Assembly (NCBI GenBank): GCA_964498115.1
Contig: CAZCGF010000003.1
Coordinates: forward strand, 1 to 42,351
From: an uncultured Planctomycetaceae bacterium
Lineage (GTDB): Bacteria; Planctomycetota; Phycisphaerae; UBA1845; UTPLA1
DNA: 42,351 nt
Direction: 5' to 3'
A program made the position numbers and the translations under genes. The notes beneath the pieces are model-generated. The model was given only the letters and a program-made list of their open reading frames with translations. It did not search any database and was not told the origin of the DNA. The first letter of the stretch is position 1. Each line of letters begins with the position of its first letter. Shown in pieces: positions 17,154 to 26,007 of the stretch.

Positions 17154-18980
17154 ATGCAACGAAAACCGACCGCGTTGAGGAACTTGTTTTGCGCTGCGGC
17201 GATTGCGATGACGGCGGTTCAATCAGCCGCCGCTCAATCTCCCGGCCGGGGCGACATGTCGGCCGTATTGGAGGAAACGACCGTAGAGGACGGCATTGCC
17301 GTGCCGGGATTAGGCATCGAGTTTTACCATGAGAACTGGGGATTGCCGGACCCGAATCGGGAATACACTCAGGCCTGCTTTGCGGTCGGCACGGCTCCGG
17401 AGGTTGTCGAGTACCTCAATAATCTGCTGGAAGGCGATCCCGCGGGTCCGCGCTATCAGATCACCAGTCGCTGGCTGGGTTCTCAGGGCAGCAATCGAAA
17501 CCTAACCTGGAGCTTCGTACCGGATGGCCTGAATATTCCGAACGGCATCGGTGAGCCCGCGGCCAACAGCGACCTTTTCGCCCGATTGGATTCTCTGTTC
17601 GCCTCGCAAGGGGGCCGCGCAACGTGGATCAATCGATTTCAGCAAAGCTTCAACCGATGGGCGGAAGTGAGCGGCGTCACCTATACGCGCATCACCGTCG
17701 GCGGCACTGACTGGGACGACGGAGCGTCATGGGGCAGTTCGGGCTCTGCAGGCCTTCGCGGTGACATCCGCATCTCCATGAAAAACATCGACGGCGCTAA
17801 CAATGTCTTGGCATATAACCAGTTTCCCCAGAACGGCGACATGGTCCTCGATCGCAGCGAAAGCTGGGCCAGCGCCGCGAACCAGCACCGCTTCATGCGA
17901 AACATCATCATGCATGAGCACGGCCATGGCCTCGGCGTCCTGCACGTGTGCCCGGTGAACAACACGAAGCTGATGGAACCGTTCCTCGCAACCGCGTTTG
18001 ACGGCGTTCGCCACGACGATATCCGCGCCGCTCAGCGCCACTACGGCGACAGCTTTGAAGGCGGCGTCGGTAATAACTCAGCCGGCGCAGCAAACCCCAT
18101 CGGCGCGGTTGACATCGGCTCGCCGATCACGCTGGGTGAGCTCCCGCCGCCGGTGAGCGGAACGAGTCCGACGGTTTCGGCGAACCTCAGCATCGACGCC
18201 AACGCGGAGCAGGACTGGTATCAGTTCAGCGTTCCGGGCCCCCGCGTGGCGACCGTGACCGTCACGCCTCGCGGTATCGCCAGCTATGACTCGTGCGCTC
18301 AGGGCGGATCATGCCCCTCGGGATGCCCGACCAACAGCCTGGCAGCGGCCAATCTCAATGTCGAGTTGATCGATACGGACGGCAGCACGGTTCTCGGCAC
18401 GGCCGACACTCAGGCCGGAGGCATTGCTGAGACAGTCTCCGGGGTCACGCTGCCCGTAGCGGGTGACTATTACGTCCGCGTATACGAGGGTGACGCCCCG
18501 GCGACGTCACAACTCTATGTGCTCAATATCTCGGTGATGGCGGTGCCCTGCCAGGATCCGGTCGTCGATCCGATTGCGGATGATGCCAATGTATGCAGCG
18601 TTCCCTACACCTCACCGGCGCCGACGGCAGCCGGAACGCCTCCGTTTACCTGGACGCTCGACGGTCTCCCGCCGGGCGGTATGGTGATCGACAACAATAC
18701 CGGCGTCGTCTCATGGCCCAATCCGATCGCATCGGCGACGCCCTACACGATTACCGTGAAGGCCACGAGTCAGTGCGGCGTCGGCACCAGTTCGGTCTCC
18801 TACGACCTGACCGTCAAGCCGGGTGACTTCGACGGCGACGGCCTCGTGACGGTCGCCGACATCGGCCCGTTCGTGGACCACCTGATCGACGTCGATAATT
18901 CGACGCCGTGCGCCGAGGACGTGAACCTGAACACGTTCGGCGACGGTCTGGACGTGCAGACATTCATCGACAGTATGTAA
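17154..18980 (+). CDS. secreted metzincin (matrixin/M10-like) metalloprotease with PPC-like and Ig-like domains and a dockerin-like C-terminus
   Basis: Signal peptide MQRKPTALRNLFCAAAIAMTAVQSAAA. Extended zinc motif HEHGHGLGVLH (17913-17945, HExxHxxGxxH) with Met-turn KLMEP. A pre-peptidase C-terminal-like block (DWYQFSVPG...GDYYVRVYEG). The C-terminus is GDFDGDGLVTVADIGPFVDHLI...DVNLNTFGDGLDVQTFIDSM. Confidence 0.85.
   Translation: MQRKPTALRNLFCAAAIAMTAVQSAAAQSPGRGDMSAVLEETTVEDGIAVPGLGIEFYHENWGLPDPNREYTQACFAVGTAPEVVEYLNNLLEGDPAGPRYQITSRWLGSQGSNRNLTWSFVPDGLNIPNGIGEPAANSDLFARLDSLFASQGGRATWINRFQQSFNRWAEVSGVTYTRITVGGTDWDDGASWGSSGSAGLRGDIRISMKNIDGANNVLAYNQFPQNGDMVLDRSESWASAANQHRFMRNIIMHEHGHGLGVLHVCPVNNTKLMEPFLATAFDGVRHDDIRAAQRHYGDSFEGGVGNNSAGAANPIGAVDIGSPITLGELPPPVSGTSPTVSANLSIDANAEQDWYQFSVPGPRVATVTVTPRGIASYDSCAQGGSCPSGCPTNSLAAANLNVELIDTDGSTVLGTADTQAGGIAETVSGVTLPVAGDYYVRVYEGDAPATSQLYVLNISVMAVPCQDPVVDPIADDANVCSVPYTSPAPTAAGTPPFTWTLDGLPPGGMVIDNNTGVVSWPNPIASATPYTITVKATSQCGVGTSSVSYDLTVKPGDFDGDGLVTVADIGPFVDHLIDVDNSTPCAEDVNLNTFGDGLDVQTFIDSM
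18822..18977 (+). other. dockerin-like C-terminal module of protease 2
   Basis: GDFDGDGLVTVADIGPFVDHLI followed by EDVNLNTFGDGLDVQTFIDSM. Confidence 0.6.
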
Positions 18981-19026
18981 TCTCTCAACCGGGCGAGTCC
19001 CGTCAGAGATTGTGAACCTTCACAAA

Positions 19027-19064
19027 GGCCCGCGACGTTGATTCGTCGCGGGCCTTTTCATTTT
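19027..19064 (+). terminator. Rho-independent terminator after the protease pair
   Basis: GGCCCGCGACG-TTGATT-CGTCGCGGGCC, a perfect 11-bp stem, followed by TTTTCATTTT. It begins 47 nt after the stop at 18980. Confidence 0.75.
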
Positions 19065-19094
19065 CCGCGGGACAGCGTCCGATCGTCGATCGGG

Positions 19095-20276
19095 TCAGTC
19101 GCAGCGCTCAATCGCGATCGCGCCGGCCTCGCCGCCCCCGATGCACGCCGTGGCGATTCCGACTCGCTTGTTCCTCACCTTCAGCGCATTGATCAGCGTG
19201 ACGAGGATTCGGGCTCCACTCGCCCCGATGGGATGCCCGATCGCCACCGCTCCGCCGAGGACATTGACCTTGTCATGCGGCAGCTCATGTTCTTTCATGG
19301 AGGCGAGCACTACCGCAGAAAACGCCTCGTTGATCTCAAACAGGTCCACGTCCGCAATGCGGAGCGAACAGCGATCAAGAACCATGCGAATCGCCTGAAT
19401 CGGCGCAATGGTGAACCAGGCCGGCTCAACGGCAACGCTTGCGTAGCCGAGAACGCGGGCCTGCGGACGAAGCCCCAGCGACTTGATCCGGTCGCCCGAT
19501 GCGACGACGATCGCCGCCGCCCCATCACTGATGCTTGAGGCGTTTCCTGCGGTGATGGTTCCGTCCGACCGAAAGGCCGGTCGCAGCGAACGGAGCTTCT
19601 CTTCGTTGAACTTGGTCGGCTCTTCGTCGATGGCGATCACCTTCGTCGCCTTTTTGTCGGCGATCTCGATCGGGCAAATCTCGTGTTTGCAGTGCCCGGC
19701 CTCGGTGGCCGCGATGGCCCGCCTGTAGCTGGCGACCGCGAATGCGTCCTGCTGCTCGCGCGTCAGGCCGAATTTCGTGGCGCACAACTCGGCGTGCTCG
19801 CCCATGTGCTTTTGATCATACGCGTCGGCCAGGCCGTCGTAGATCAGTGAGTCAATCACCTGGTCATGGCCCATGCGATAGCCGCTGCGCCCCTTGAGCA
19901 GCAGGTACGGCGCTCGCGTCATGTTCTCGGTACCGCCGGCGACAATCACGCCTGCGTCTCCGCACTGCACGGCTTGCGCCGCCATTCGAACGGCCCGCAT
20001 CGCCGAGCCGCACATTTTGTTCACTGTCGTCGCGCCGCACGAAACCGGAAGCCCCGCGCCGATGGCCGCCTGCCGGGCGATGTTCTGGCCGAGTCCGGCA
20101 CTGAGCACGCAGCCCATGATGACTTCGTCGATCGCCTCCTTGGCCGCGCCCGAACGAGAGACGGCGGACTTGACTGCCTCGGCCGCCAGTTTTGTCGCGG
20201 GCACGTTTGAAAATACGCCGTTGAAGGCGCCGATGGGCGTGCGCGTCGCGCCCGCCAAATAGACTTCCGTTTTCAT
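19095..20276 (-). CDS. acetyl-CoA C-acetyltransferase (thiolase II)
   Basis: MKTEVYLAGATRTPIGAFNG, the active-site block VNKMCGSAMRAV, GGAVAIGHPIGASGARIL, and the C-terminal CIGGGEAGAIAIE. Start at ATG 20276; the track ORF extends to 20405. Confidence 0.93.
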   Translation of the reverse strand: MKTEVYLAGATRTPIGAFNGVFSNVPATKLAAEAVKSAVSRSGAAKEAIDEVIMGCVLSAGLGQNIARQAAIGAGLPVSCGATTVNKMCGSAMRAVRMAAQAVQCGDAGVIVAGGTENMTRAPYLLLKGRSGYRMGHDQVIDSLIYDGLADAYDQKHMGEHAELCATKFGLTREQQDAFAVASYRRAIAATEAGHCKHEICPIEIADKKATKVIAIDEEPTKFNEEKLRSLRPAFRSDGTITAGNASSISDGAAAIVVASGDRIKSLGLRPQARVLGYASVAVEPAWFTIAPIQAIRMVLDRCSLRIADVDLFEINEAFSAVVLASMKEHELPHDKVNVLGGAVAIGHPIGASGARILVTLINALKVRNKRVGIATACIGGGEAGAIAIERCD

Positions 20277-20418
20277 GATTTCACCAGTGAATAGACAATG
20301 ATCCCGTGGTTGGGCTCCTCGCCCCGCCGGTTTCACACCTGTTTGGAATTCCCTCCAGCAATTCGCGCGCCAATGCCCTATCCGGCGGATTCGGTCTTCC
20401 GGCAATCAGCCTGATCAG

Positions 20419-21489
20419 TTAAGCGTGATGCTGCTCGGTTGGTGGTGAAGAATTGTCCAGCGCACCGTGCGGGCCCTTCCGGCCTGATAGATCGATCGCC
20501 AGGCGAATCGCCTCCTTCATGGAGCCCGGATCGGCCCGGTTCTTGGAGACGATGTCGTAGGCGGTTCCGTGATCGACGCTGGTGCGGATGATGGGCAGGC
20601 CGAGGGTGAGATTGACGGCGCGGTCGAACGCCAGCAGCTTGACGGGGATGAGGGCCTGATCGTGGTACATCGCGACAACGCCGTCGAACTCGCCCTGCGC
20701 GGCCTTTAGAAAAACGGTGTCCGCGGGATAAGGGCCCGTGGCATTGATGCCGGCGTTGACGGCCATCTCGACGGCGGGCTGGATCACGCGGATTTCTTCG
20801 TCGCCGAATCGGCCGTTTTCCCCGGCATGGGGGTTCAGCCCGGCCACAGCGATGCGCGGATTTGCCACGCCGAACCAATCGCGGAGCGCGGTATGGAGCA
20901 AGTCGATCGGCTGGAAGACGAGGCCGATGGTAAAGCCGTTGCGAAGCTCGAAGAGCGGCTCGTGAATGCTGGCCAGTGCGACGCGCAGGGGGCCGCCGGT
21001 GAACATCATCGAGACGCGCTTCGTGCGAAACCGGCGGGCCAGTAAGTCTGTATGGCCCGCGAACTCGAAGCCCGCCATTTGCCATGCGGTCTTGTTGATC
21101 GGGCCTGTCACCATCGCATCCAGCCTGCCGGCGCGGATGTCCGTGATGGCCTCGTCGAGAAAGCGCATCGAAGCCTTGCCGCCTTCGACAGTCGGCTTTC
21201 GCATCGGTCGCGTGTCGAGCCCGAATTCGTCGAAGTCGGCCGTGACGACGTTGGCGCCGTTGGAGATGGATTCGTCGTGTGGACGGTGTATCCAGTATGG
21301 ATTCAGCTCGGCGAGGTCGGCCGCGTAGGACAGCAATTCATCGATCCCGTAGATGATGAACTGCGCGCGACTGCGCAGCGATTCGTCGGCCAGGGCCTTC
21401 ACAATGACCTCGGCGCCGATGCCGCCGGGATCACCCATTGTGATGCCGATGCGCGGCAAGCCATTTGCCTTGTCGACCTTCGAATCCAC
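20419..21489 (-). CDS. pdxA: 4-hydroxythreonine-4-phosphate dehydrogenase
   Basis: IGITMGDPGGIGAEV, VTGPINK...FAGHTDLLA, GLNPHAGENG, GPYPADT, MYHDQALIPVKLL and LGLPIIRTSVDHGTAYDI. The start codon at 21489 is a GTG. Confidence 0.92.
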   Translation of the reverse strand: MDSKVDKANGLPRIGITMGDPGGIGAEVIVKALADESLRSRAQFIIYGIDELLSYAADLAELNPYWIHRPHDESISNGANVVTADFDEFGLDTRPMRKPTVEGGKASMRFLDEAITDIRAGRLDAMVTGPINKTAWQMAGFEFAGHTDLLARRFRTKRVSMMFTGGPLRVALASIHEPLFELRNGFTIGLVFQPIDLLHTALRDWFGVANPRIAVAGLNPHAGENGRFGDEEIRVIQPAVEMAVNAGINATGPYPADTVFLKAAQGEFDGVVAMYHDQALIPVKLLAFDRAVNLTLGLPIIRTSVDHGTAYDIVSKNRADPGSMKEAIRLAIDLSGRKGPHGALDNSSPPTEQHHA

Positions 21490-21589
21490 GAAGAACTCCG
21501 CGAGAGGCCGTTCGCCATTCCCGACGGGAACACCGCAAACGGTCGATTCATTATATCGTCAGGATTGAGCCGCGACCCGCGCGGTCGGT

Positions 21590-22234
21590 TCACGCCTGTC
21601 CGGATCGCCTGAGGCGCTCGACGATCGCCTGCGGGTCGCCGCCTGCGATGGTCTGGAGATGCTGCACGATGGTTCGAGAGAGAATGTCCGTTTCGATATT
21701 GACCTGCGCGCCGGCCTTCTTATCGCCGAGCGTCGTGCGCTCAAGCGTGGTCGGAATCAGGGCGACGCTGAAGCAGTCGTCACGTCGATTGGCGACGGTC
21801 AATGAGATTCCGTCGATCGCAATCGACCCCTTGGGAATGACGTAGCGCATCGCATCTGCATCGAGGGCGAACCACCACATCGACTCGGCGGGCGATTGCT
21901 CCACGCGCTGGACCTTCGCGATTGCATCGACGTGCCCCTGCACGAAGTGCCCGTCGATCGGGTCGCCGGCCTTCAGGGATTTTTGCAGATTCACGCGGCC
22001 CCCCGCGCGCAGCGCGCCGAGAGTGGTTCTGCGAAGCGTCTCGGCCACCACGTCGAATGTCGCAATGTCCTCTGACGTTTTGGTTGCCGTCAGGCACACG
22101 CCGTCGATGGCGATACTCGCGCCCAGGACGACGCCGGTCCAATAGCCCGGCGCGCGAAGTTGCAGGCACATCCCACCAGGGACGGCGCCCGCCTCCACGA
22201 CCTCTCCGATGCAATCAATAATGCCAGAGAACAT
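21590..22234 (-). CDS. ribE: riboflavin synthase (alpha chain)
   Basis: MFSGIIDCIGEVV, with the duplicated lumazine-binding repeats SIAIDGVCLT and SIAIDGISLTV, NLQKSLKAGDPIDGHFVQGHVD, and GDKKAGAQVNIETD. Confidence 0.92.
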   Translation of the reverse strand: MFSGIIDCIGEVVEAGAVPGGMCLQLRAPGYWTGVVLGASIAIDGVCLTATKTSEDIATFDVVAETLRRTTLGALRAGGRVNLQKSLKAGDPIDGHFVQGHVDAIAKVQRVEQSPAESMWWFALDADAMRYVIPKGSIAIDGISLTVANRRDDCFSVALIPTTLERTTLGDKKAGAQVNIETDILSRTIVQHLQTIAGGDPQAIVERLRRSGQA

Positions 22235-22375
22235 GATGCCCCGACTAATTCAGGTGCCCCGCCGGCTGTAGGCTCTTGTTTCACCACGCCGACGATACGC
22301 CACATGCTATCGCGAACCGCTACGCCGGGCCAAACAAGCACGACGAACAGACGCCCCCCTCCTTTTACAACGCGC

Positions 22376-22408
22376 AAAAAAGAAGCCCGCCGGAGTAATC
22401 CGACGGGC
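22376..22408 (-). terminator. Rho-independent terminator after the Cys-rich repeat gene
   Basis: On the minus strand: GCCCGTCGG-ATTACT-CCGGCGGGC (9-bp stem, one mismatch) followed by TTCTTTTTTG. It lies 36 nt downstream of the stop at 22444. Confidence 0.65.
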
Positions 22409-22443
22409 CTCTAGTTATTGATCGAATCCGAACTGGATCGGAG

Positions 22444-23436
22444 TTAGATCTTGGCGAGCTTCTGGTCGGCGGCCTTCTTGGCGGCGTCGAACTGGGCCTT
22501 GGCCATGCTGATGCGGGCCGAAACTTCGCAGTTGGTCTTGGTCTCGCCGATCACGTACTCGACCTTGCCGGCCTTCTTGGCCATCGGGCAGACCTTGCTG
22601 GAGCAATCGACTTCCTTGCCCTCGACGACGTAGGTCATCTTGACGATCTTCATGGCATCCATCGCCGCGGCGCGGGCCTTGACGGCGTCGTCATAGCTGT
22701 CGAAGTTGCGCGCTAGAACGATGAACTTGGCGCCATCGGTCTTGATCGCCTTGGCAAACTCTTCCTTGGAAACACAGGCGAAGGACTCCTTCTTGCAGGC
22801 GCTCGCACAGGACTTGCCCTCGGCCTTGGCCAGGGCTGCCTTGGACTTGCAGCAGGAAGAACCCTTGCTCTTGTCGCTGGCCAGGGCGGCCTTCGACTTG
22901 CTGCACGAGGAACCCTCGCTCTTGTCACTGGCGAGAGCGGCCTTGGACTTCGAGCAGGAGGAACCCTCGCTCTTGGCACTGGCGAGAGCGGCCTTCGATT
23001 TGGAGCAGCTCGAGCCTTCGGCGCTGGCGGTCTTGGACTTGCAGCAGCCGGTCATGTCCTCGGCGCAGTAGATGGTCTTGCCATCCACCACGGCGGCGAT
23101 CGTCGTATAGCGACCGACGAAGCGCTCCGACACGTCGGCCAGAGCAGTCATCGCCTTGTCCTTGCAGTCGAACTGCTCGCCGGCGACGGCAAAGCGGACC
23201 TTGGCGCCCTTTTCCTCAGCCGCCTTATCAGCAGCCATCGGGCAGTCGAACTCCTTGTCGCCGACCAGCATGGTCAGATGCGGAAACTCGCCCATCGAGC
23301 AGGCGGTCAGGCTCGACAACTTGGTGTCCTTGCTGTCCTGCTTGGACTTGCAGCAGCCGGGGCCGGCCCAGGCAAGGTCAGTCGTGAACGCACAAACGGC
23401 GGCAAATGCAACTGCGACTAAGACAAAACGCTTCAT
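22444..23436 (-). CDS. secreted Cys/Lys-rich protein with 17-aa tandem repeats (function unknown)
   Basis: AAGGAG lies 8 nt upstream of ATG 23436. Signal peptide MKRFVLVAVAFAAVCAFTTDLAWA. There are 19 Cys in the mature chain. The motif CCKSK occurs 3 times and CSKSK 3 times. A central repeat GSSCSKSKAALAS(A/D)KS(E/K) runs for more than 3 copies, flanked by two related CPMA...GKV.(F/Y).(V/I).GE...C modules. Confidence 0.75.
   Translation of the reverse strand: MKRFVLVAVAFAAVCAFTTDLAWAGPGCCKSKQDSKDTKLSSLTACSMGEFPHLTMLVGDKEFDCPMAADKAAEEKGAKVRFAVAGEQFDCKDKAMTALADVSERFVGRYTTIAAVVDGKTIYCAEDMTGCCKSKTASAEGSSCSKSKAALASAKSEGSSCSKSKAALASDKSEGSSCSKSKAALASDKSKGSSCCKSKAALAKAEGKSCASACKKESFACVSKEEFAKAIKTDGAKFIVLARNFDSYDDAVKARAAAMDAMKIVKMTYVVEGKEVDCSSKVCPMAKKAGKVEYVIGETKTNCEVSARISMAKAQFDAAKKAADQKLAKI
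22813..23052 (-). repeat. in-frame 51-nt (17-codon) tandem repeat, 3 full copies plus degenerate flanking copies
   Basis: Residues 129-208 of the CDS. Core copies occupy residues 141-157, 158-174 and 175-191 (22864-23016). The copies differ mainly at synonymous positions, for example agc/tcg/tcc for Ser. Confidence 0.85.
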
Positions 23437-23609
23437 CTACTGACTCCTTCATTGGGTCTTCCATCGAAAGCTGGAAGACGGACATTGATGCTCGCGGTCA
23501 TGGTCGATCCGCGATTCGGCTCATTGACTTATCCGCCTTCGATTCCCATGAATCGGGGGCGGTTACAGGTTGATACTCGCTGACTAGCTCGGGGTTTCAA
23601 ACACCCGCC

Positions 23610-23638
23610 ATTATAGCCTCTGCGTCGATCATTGACCA
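23610..23638 (-). promoter_or_regulatory. candidate promoter of the Cys-rich repeat gene
   Basis: On the minus strand: TGGTCA, a 17-nt spacer, then a perfect TATAAT (plus-strand attata at 23610-23615). It lies about 175 nt upstream of the ATG. Confidence 0.35.
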
Positions 23639-23706
23639 GTCGCCCTACCGCCCGCTCGACTGGGGGATTTGGCCTCTGATCGCGTGTCCGGCGGGCGTGC
23701 GAAAAG

Positions 23707-25842
23707 TCACGGCTGGGGCGCAGACACCGGCGAATCCAGTTCCGCTTTCAGCATTCGGTACATGCCCGCGTACTGTCCGCTGTTCTGGATGCCGTTCTCG
23801 ACCAGCTTGTAGGCCTGGTCCATGCGGCCGGTGCGACGATACGACATGATCAGGGCCTGATCCACCGCGACCAGGTCCGTCCCGCCGACTTTCGGCCGAC
23901 TTGCAATGAGAAACGGAATCGCCGCCTCCCACTCACTTCGCAACTGGTGAAGTCGGCCGACATAGCGCTCGACCATGCCGGAATCAGCCGCCCCGCGAGG
24001 GATCATGAACTTGCCGCGCTCGATCGCCCGACTCGCAATCTCGCGATCGGCGTCCGACAGCCGGTCCCTCAGGCGCTCGCGGCAGATGAGCATGAAATAA
24101 TCGTATTCGAGGCTGGCCGACGAATACGCCGGTACGGCCTTTCGTGCGACGGCATAAAGCGTCTCGGCGGTGGCGAAGTCGTTTCGCTGGATCATCACCC
24201 GACCGACCATGGCCGTGATGGGACGCAGAATGCCGGGATGAGACTTGGGATCCTGCCATTGCCGCGCCGCCGTCAGCACATCGGGCGTCATCTGCGATTC
24301 ATAATCCCGGGCCAGCTTGTCGAATCGCTCGAACGCGCCGGGGTTGGTCGTCTTGAAGAATGGAATTTCCAAGAGCTTGCGAAGGGTGTGCGCGACGGCG
24401 TAGCGATCGTACATGTTGTCGCCGAGGCGCCTGAGGAATTCTTCGTTCGTCGGCAGCTTTGCGTACGCCTCCTTTGAGACGGCAAGCGGCCCGGTCAGAT
24501 CGGTCATTGTCTGTACGATCGATCGTGCCAGCACCGCCTGCCCCAGGAGCGTGGGGTGGACGTGATCGTCCATGAGTTCCCAGCCGATGCAGCCGCCTGG
24601 GCTGGCATCGCGAAACATCCGGCGCGTATCGCAGAAGATCGCCTTTGCCTCGCCGGCAGCGCGCCGCAGCGCGTCATTGCACTCTCCGATGCACCGCCAG
24701 GGCATGGGATCGAGATCAATCGCATCGTCAAATGCAACACGCGCCTGCTCGGCATTGCCTTTTGCCAGTAATGCCCGACCGAGCTGGTAGTGAGCCCTGG
24801 CGTGGGCGGGATACAGCTTAATGGCCGATTGGAGGAGCTCGGCGGCATGCGACGGGTCGGAAACGATGGTGCGATCAGCTTCGGCGAGCAGTTCGCAGAC
24901 GCGCTTCTGATCCGCGGCCGCCAGATCATCCAATCGCTCCGTTCCCAATGGAGCGAGGTCGCGCTCGTTGACCGCGACGCTGCACACGATTGTCGGGACA
25001 CCACGACTCCTGCAGCGGCTGATGATCTCCGAGACGTGCTTGCCGAGGTTTCTCGCTGCGTTGGCTCTAAGTGAATCATCGGGCCCCACGTAGTCCTGGC
25101 CGATCATGACCTCCATCAGCGTTCGATCCGGCGCGCCGGCGGGCGGACCGGCGATGAGGCGGTCGATCCCCTGCATCAGGGCGGTCGAGCGGACGGCGCG
25201 ATTCACGACCATTGCCAGCGGATGGCTGCCGGCCCAATGGAGCGAGGCAACGCCGAACGCCCCGTAGAACTCGTTGTTGCCCGCGTACACGACGACCAGG
25301 TCCGGTTCGTAATCGAGGACCTCTGTCACCATGCCCAGCACGGGGAAGCTGGCGACGGCCGTCGTGCCGAGATTGATGACTTCGACGCGGCGGCCTGGCC
25401 AGACGGTGCTCAGCATCTCCTCAAGAAATGCCGACGGCGCAAAACACATCGGCTGGGGGAACCCCTTCATCGCCGAGCCGCCCGCCAGAAAGATGCGCAC
25501 GGTGTCCTTGGGCTTGGGCTTGGGCTTGAGGAAGGTGAACGTGTTGATCGCGCCCTGCTTGCTGCGGTTGGCGAAGAAATAGGAGGCCGGGCCGGCCTTG
25601 TCGGTGATGCACACGACACCGTCAGGCGTGGGGCCGAGCTCGAGGATCGTCGGTGGATAGCCGCCAAAGCCGCAGAGGCGAAGCACGAGCTCCGTTGCCC
25701 CGATCAAGACGAGCGGAATCGAGAATGCCAGTATCGCGAAGATGACGCGCTTGCGGAGCGAGTACCGACGAGCCTGGGACGAGGCTGGAGGGGTCGCCGC
25801 TGAAGGCGACGGCGTCGATGACTGACTGGGCTTACGTGGCAT
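23707..25842 (-). CDS. membrane-anchored SGNH/GDSL-like hydrolase-fold protein with TPR repeats
   Basis: A Pro/Ser-rich N-terminus is followed by a TM segment (VIFAILAFSIPLVLIGATELVL). SGNH-like blocks are VRIFLAGGSAMKG (block I), VVVYAGNNEF (block III) and DDHVHPT (block V, DxxH). TPR-like helices include YPAHARAHYQLGRALLAKGNAEQARVAFDDAIDLDP, with more at the C-terminus. Start at ATG 25842; the track has 25896. Confidence 0.75.
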   Translation of the reverse strand: MPRKPSQSSTPSPSAATPPASSQARRYSLRKRVIFAILAFSIPLVLIGATELVLRLCGFGGYPPTILELGPTPDGVVCITDKAGPASYFFANRSKQGAINTFTFLKPKPKPKDTVRIFLAGGSAMKGFPQPMCFAPSAFLEEMLSTVWPGRRVEVINLGTTAVASFPVLGMVTEVLDYEPDLVVVYAGNNEFYGAFGVASLHWAGSHPLAMVVNRAVRSTALMQGIDRLIAGPPAGAPDRTLMEVMIGQDYVGPDDSLRANAARNLGKHVSEIISRCRSRGVPTIVCSVAVNERDLAPLGTERLDDLAAADQKRVCELLAEADRTIVSDPSHAAELLQSAIKLYPAHARAHYQLGRALLAKGNAEQARVAFDDAIDLDPMPWRCIGECNDALRRAAGEAKAIFCDTRRMFRDASPGGCIGWELMDDHVHPTLLGQAVLARSIVQTMTDLTGPLAVSKEAYAKLPTNEEFLRRLGDNMYDRYAVAHTLRKLLEIPFFKTTNPGAFERFDKLARDYESQMTPDVLTAARQWQDPKSHPGILRPITAMVGRVMIQRNDFATAETLYAVARKAVPAYSSASLEYDYFMLICRERLRDRLSDADREIASRAIERGKFMIPRGAADSGMVERYVGRLHQLRSEWEAAIPFLIASRPKVGGTDLVAVDQALIMSYRRTGRMDQAYKLVENGIQNSGQYAGMYRMLKAELDSPVSAPQP

Positions 25843-25934
25843 GGTGTTATTCCGCGATCCAACCTGCTCGAGCGGCTCGTTCAGGACAACGAGCATACAT
25901 CCGATCGGCGGTTTTTCGCCAGAACCGCAAGTCC

Positions 25935-25980
25935 CAAAAAGAAAGCGGCCCGCGACTTCCGTAAGAAAGCCGCGGGCCGC
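25935..25980 (-). terminator. Rho-independent terminator after the PEP-CTERM gene
   Basis: On the minus strand: GCGGCCCGCG, a 16-nt loop, then CGCGGGCCGC (perfect 10-bp stem) followed by TTTCTTTTTG. It lies 28 nt downstream of the stop at 26008. Confidence 0.7.
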
Positions 25981-26007
25981 GAAGTCATCGTCTTTGAAAC
26001 TGTCGTC

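Noticed and set aside
22235-22375. FMN (RFN) riboswitch upstream of ribE
   Set aside because: The 140-nt leader has only a vague GGTGAAA...CCGGCGG resemblance. The conserved GGGTGAAATTCCC / AGCCCGCGAGC blocks are absent.
22813-23052. 51-nt direct repeats considered as a CRISPR array or a non-coding VNTR
   Set aside because: The repeats are contiguous with no spacers, are in frame within a CDS that has an SD and signal peptide, and differ at synonymous sites. This is a coding tandem repeat.
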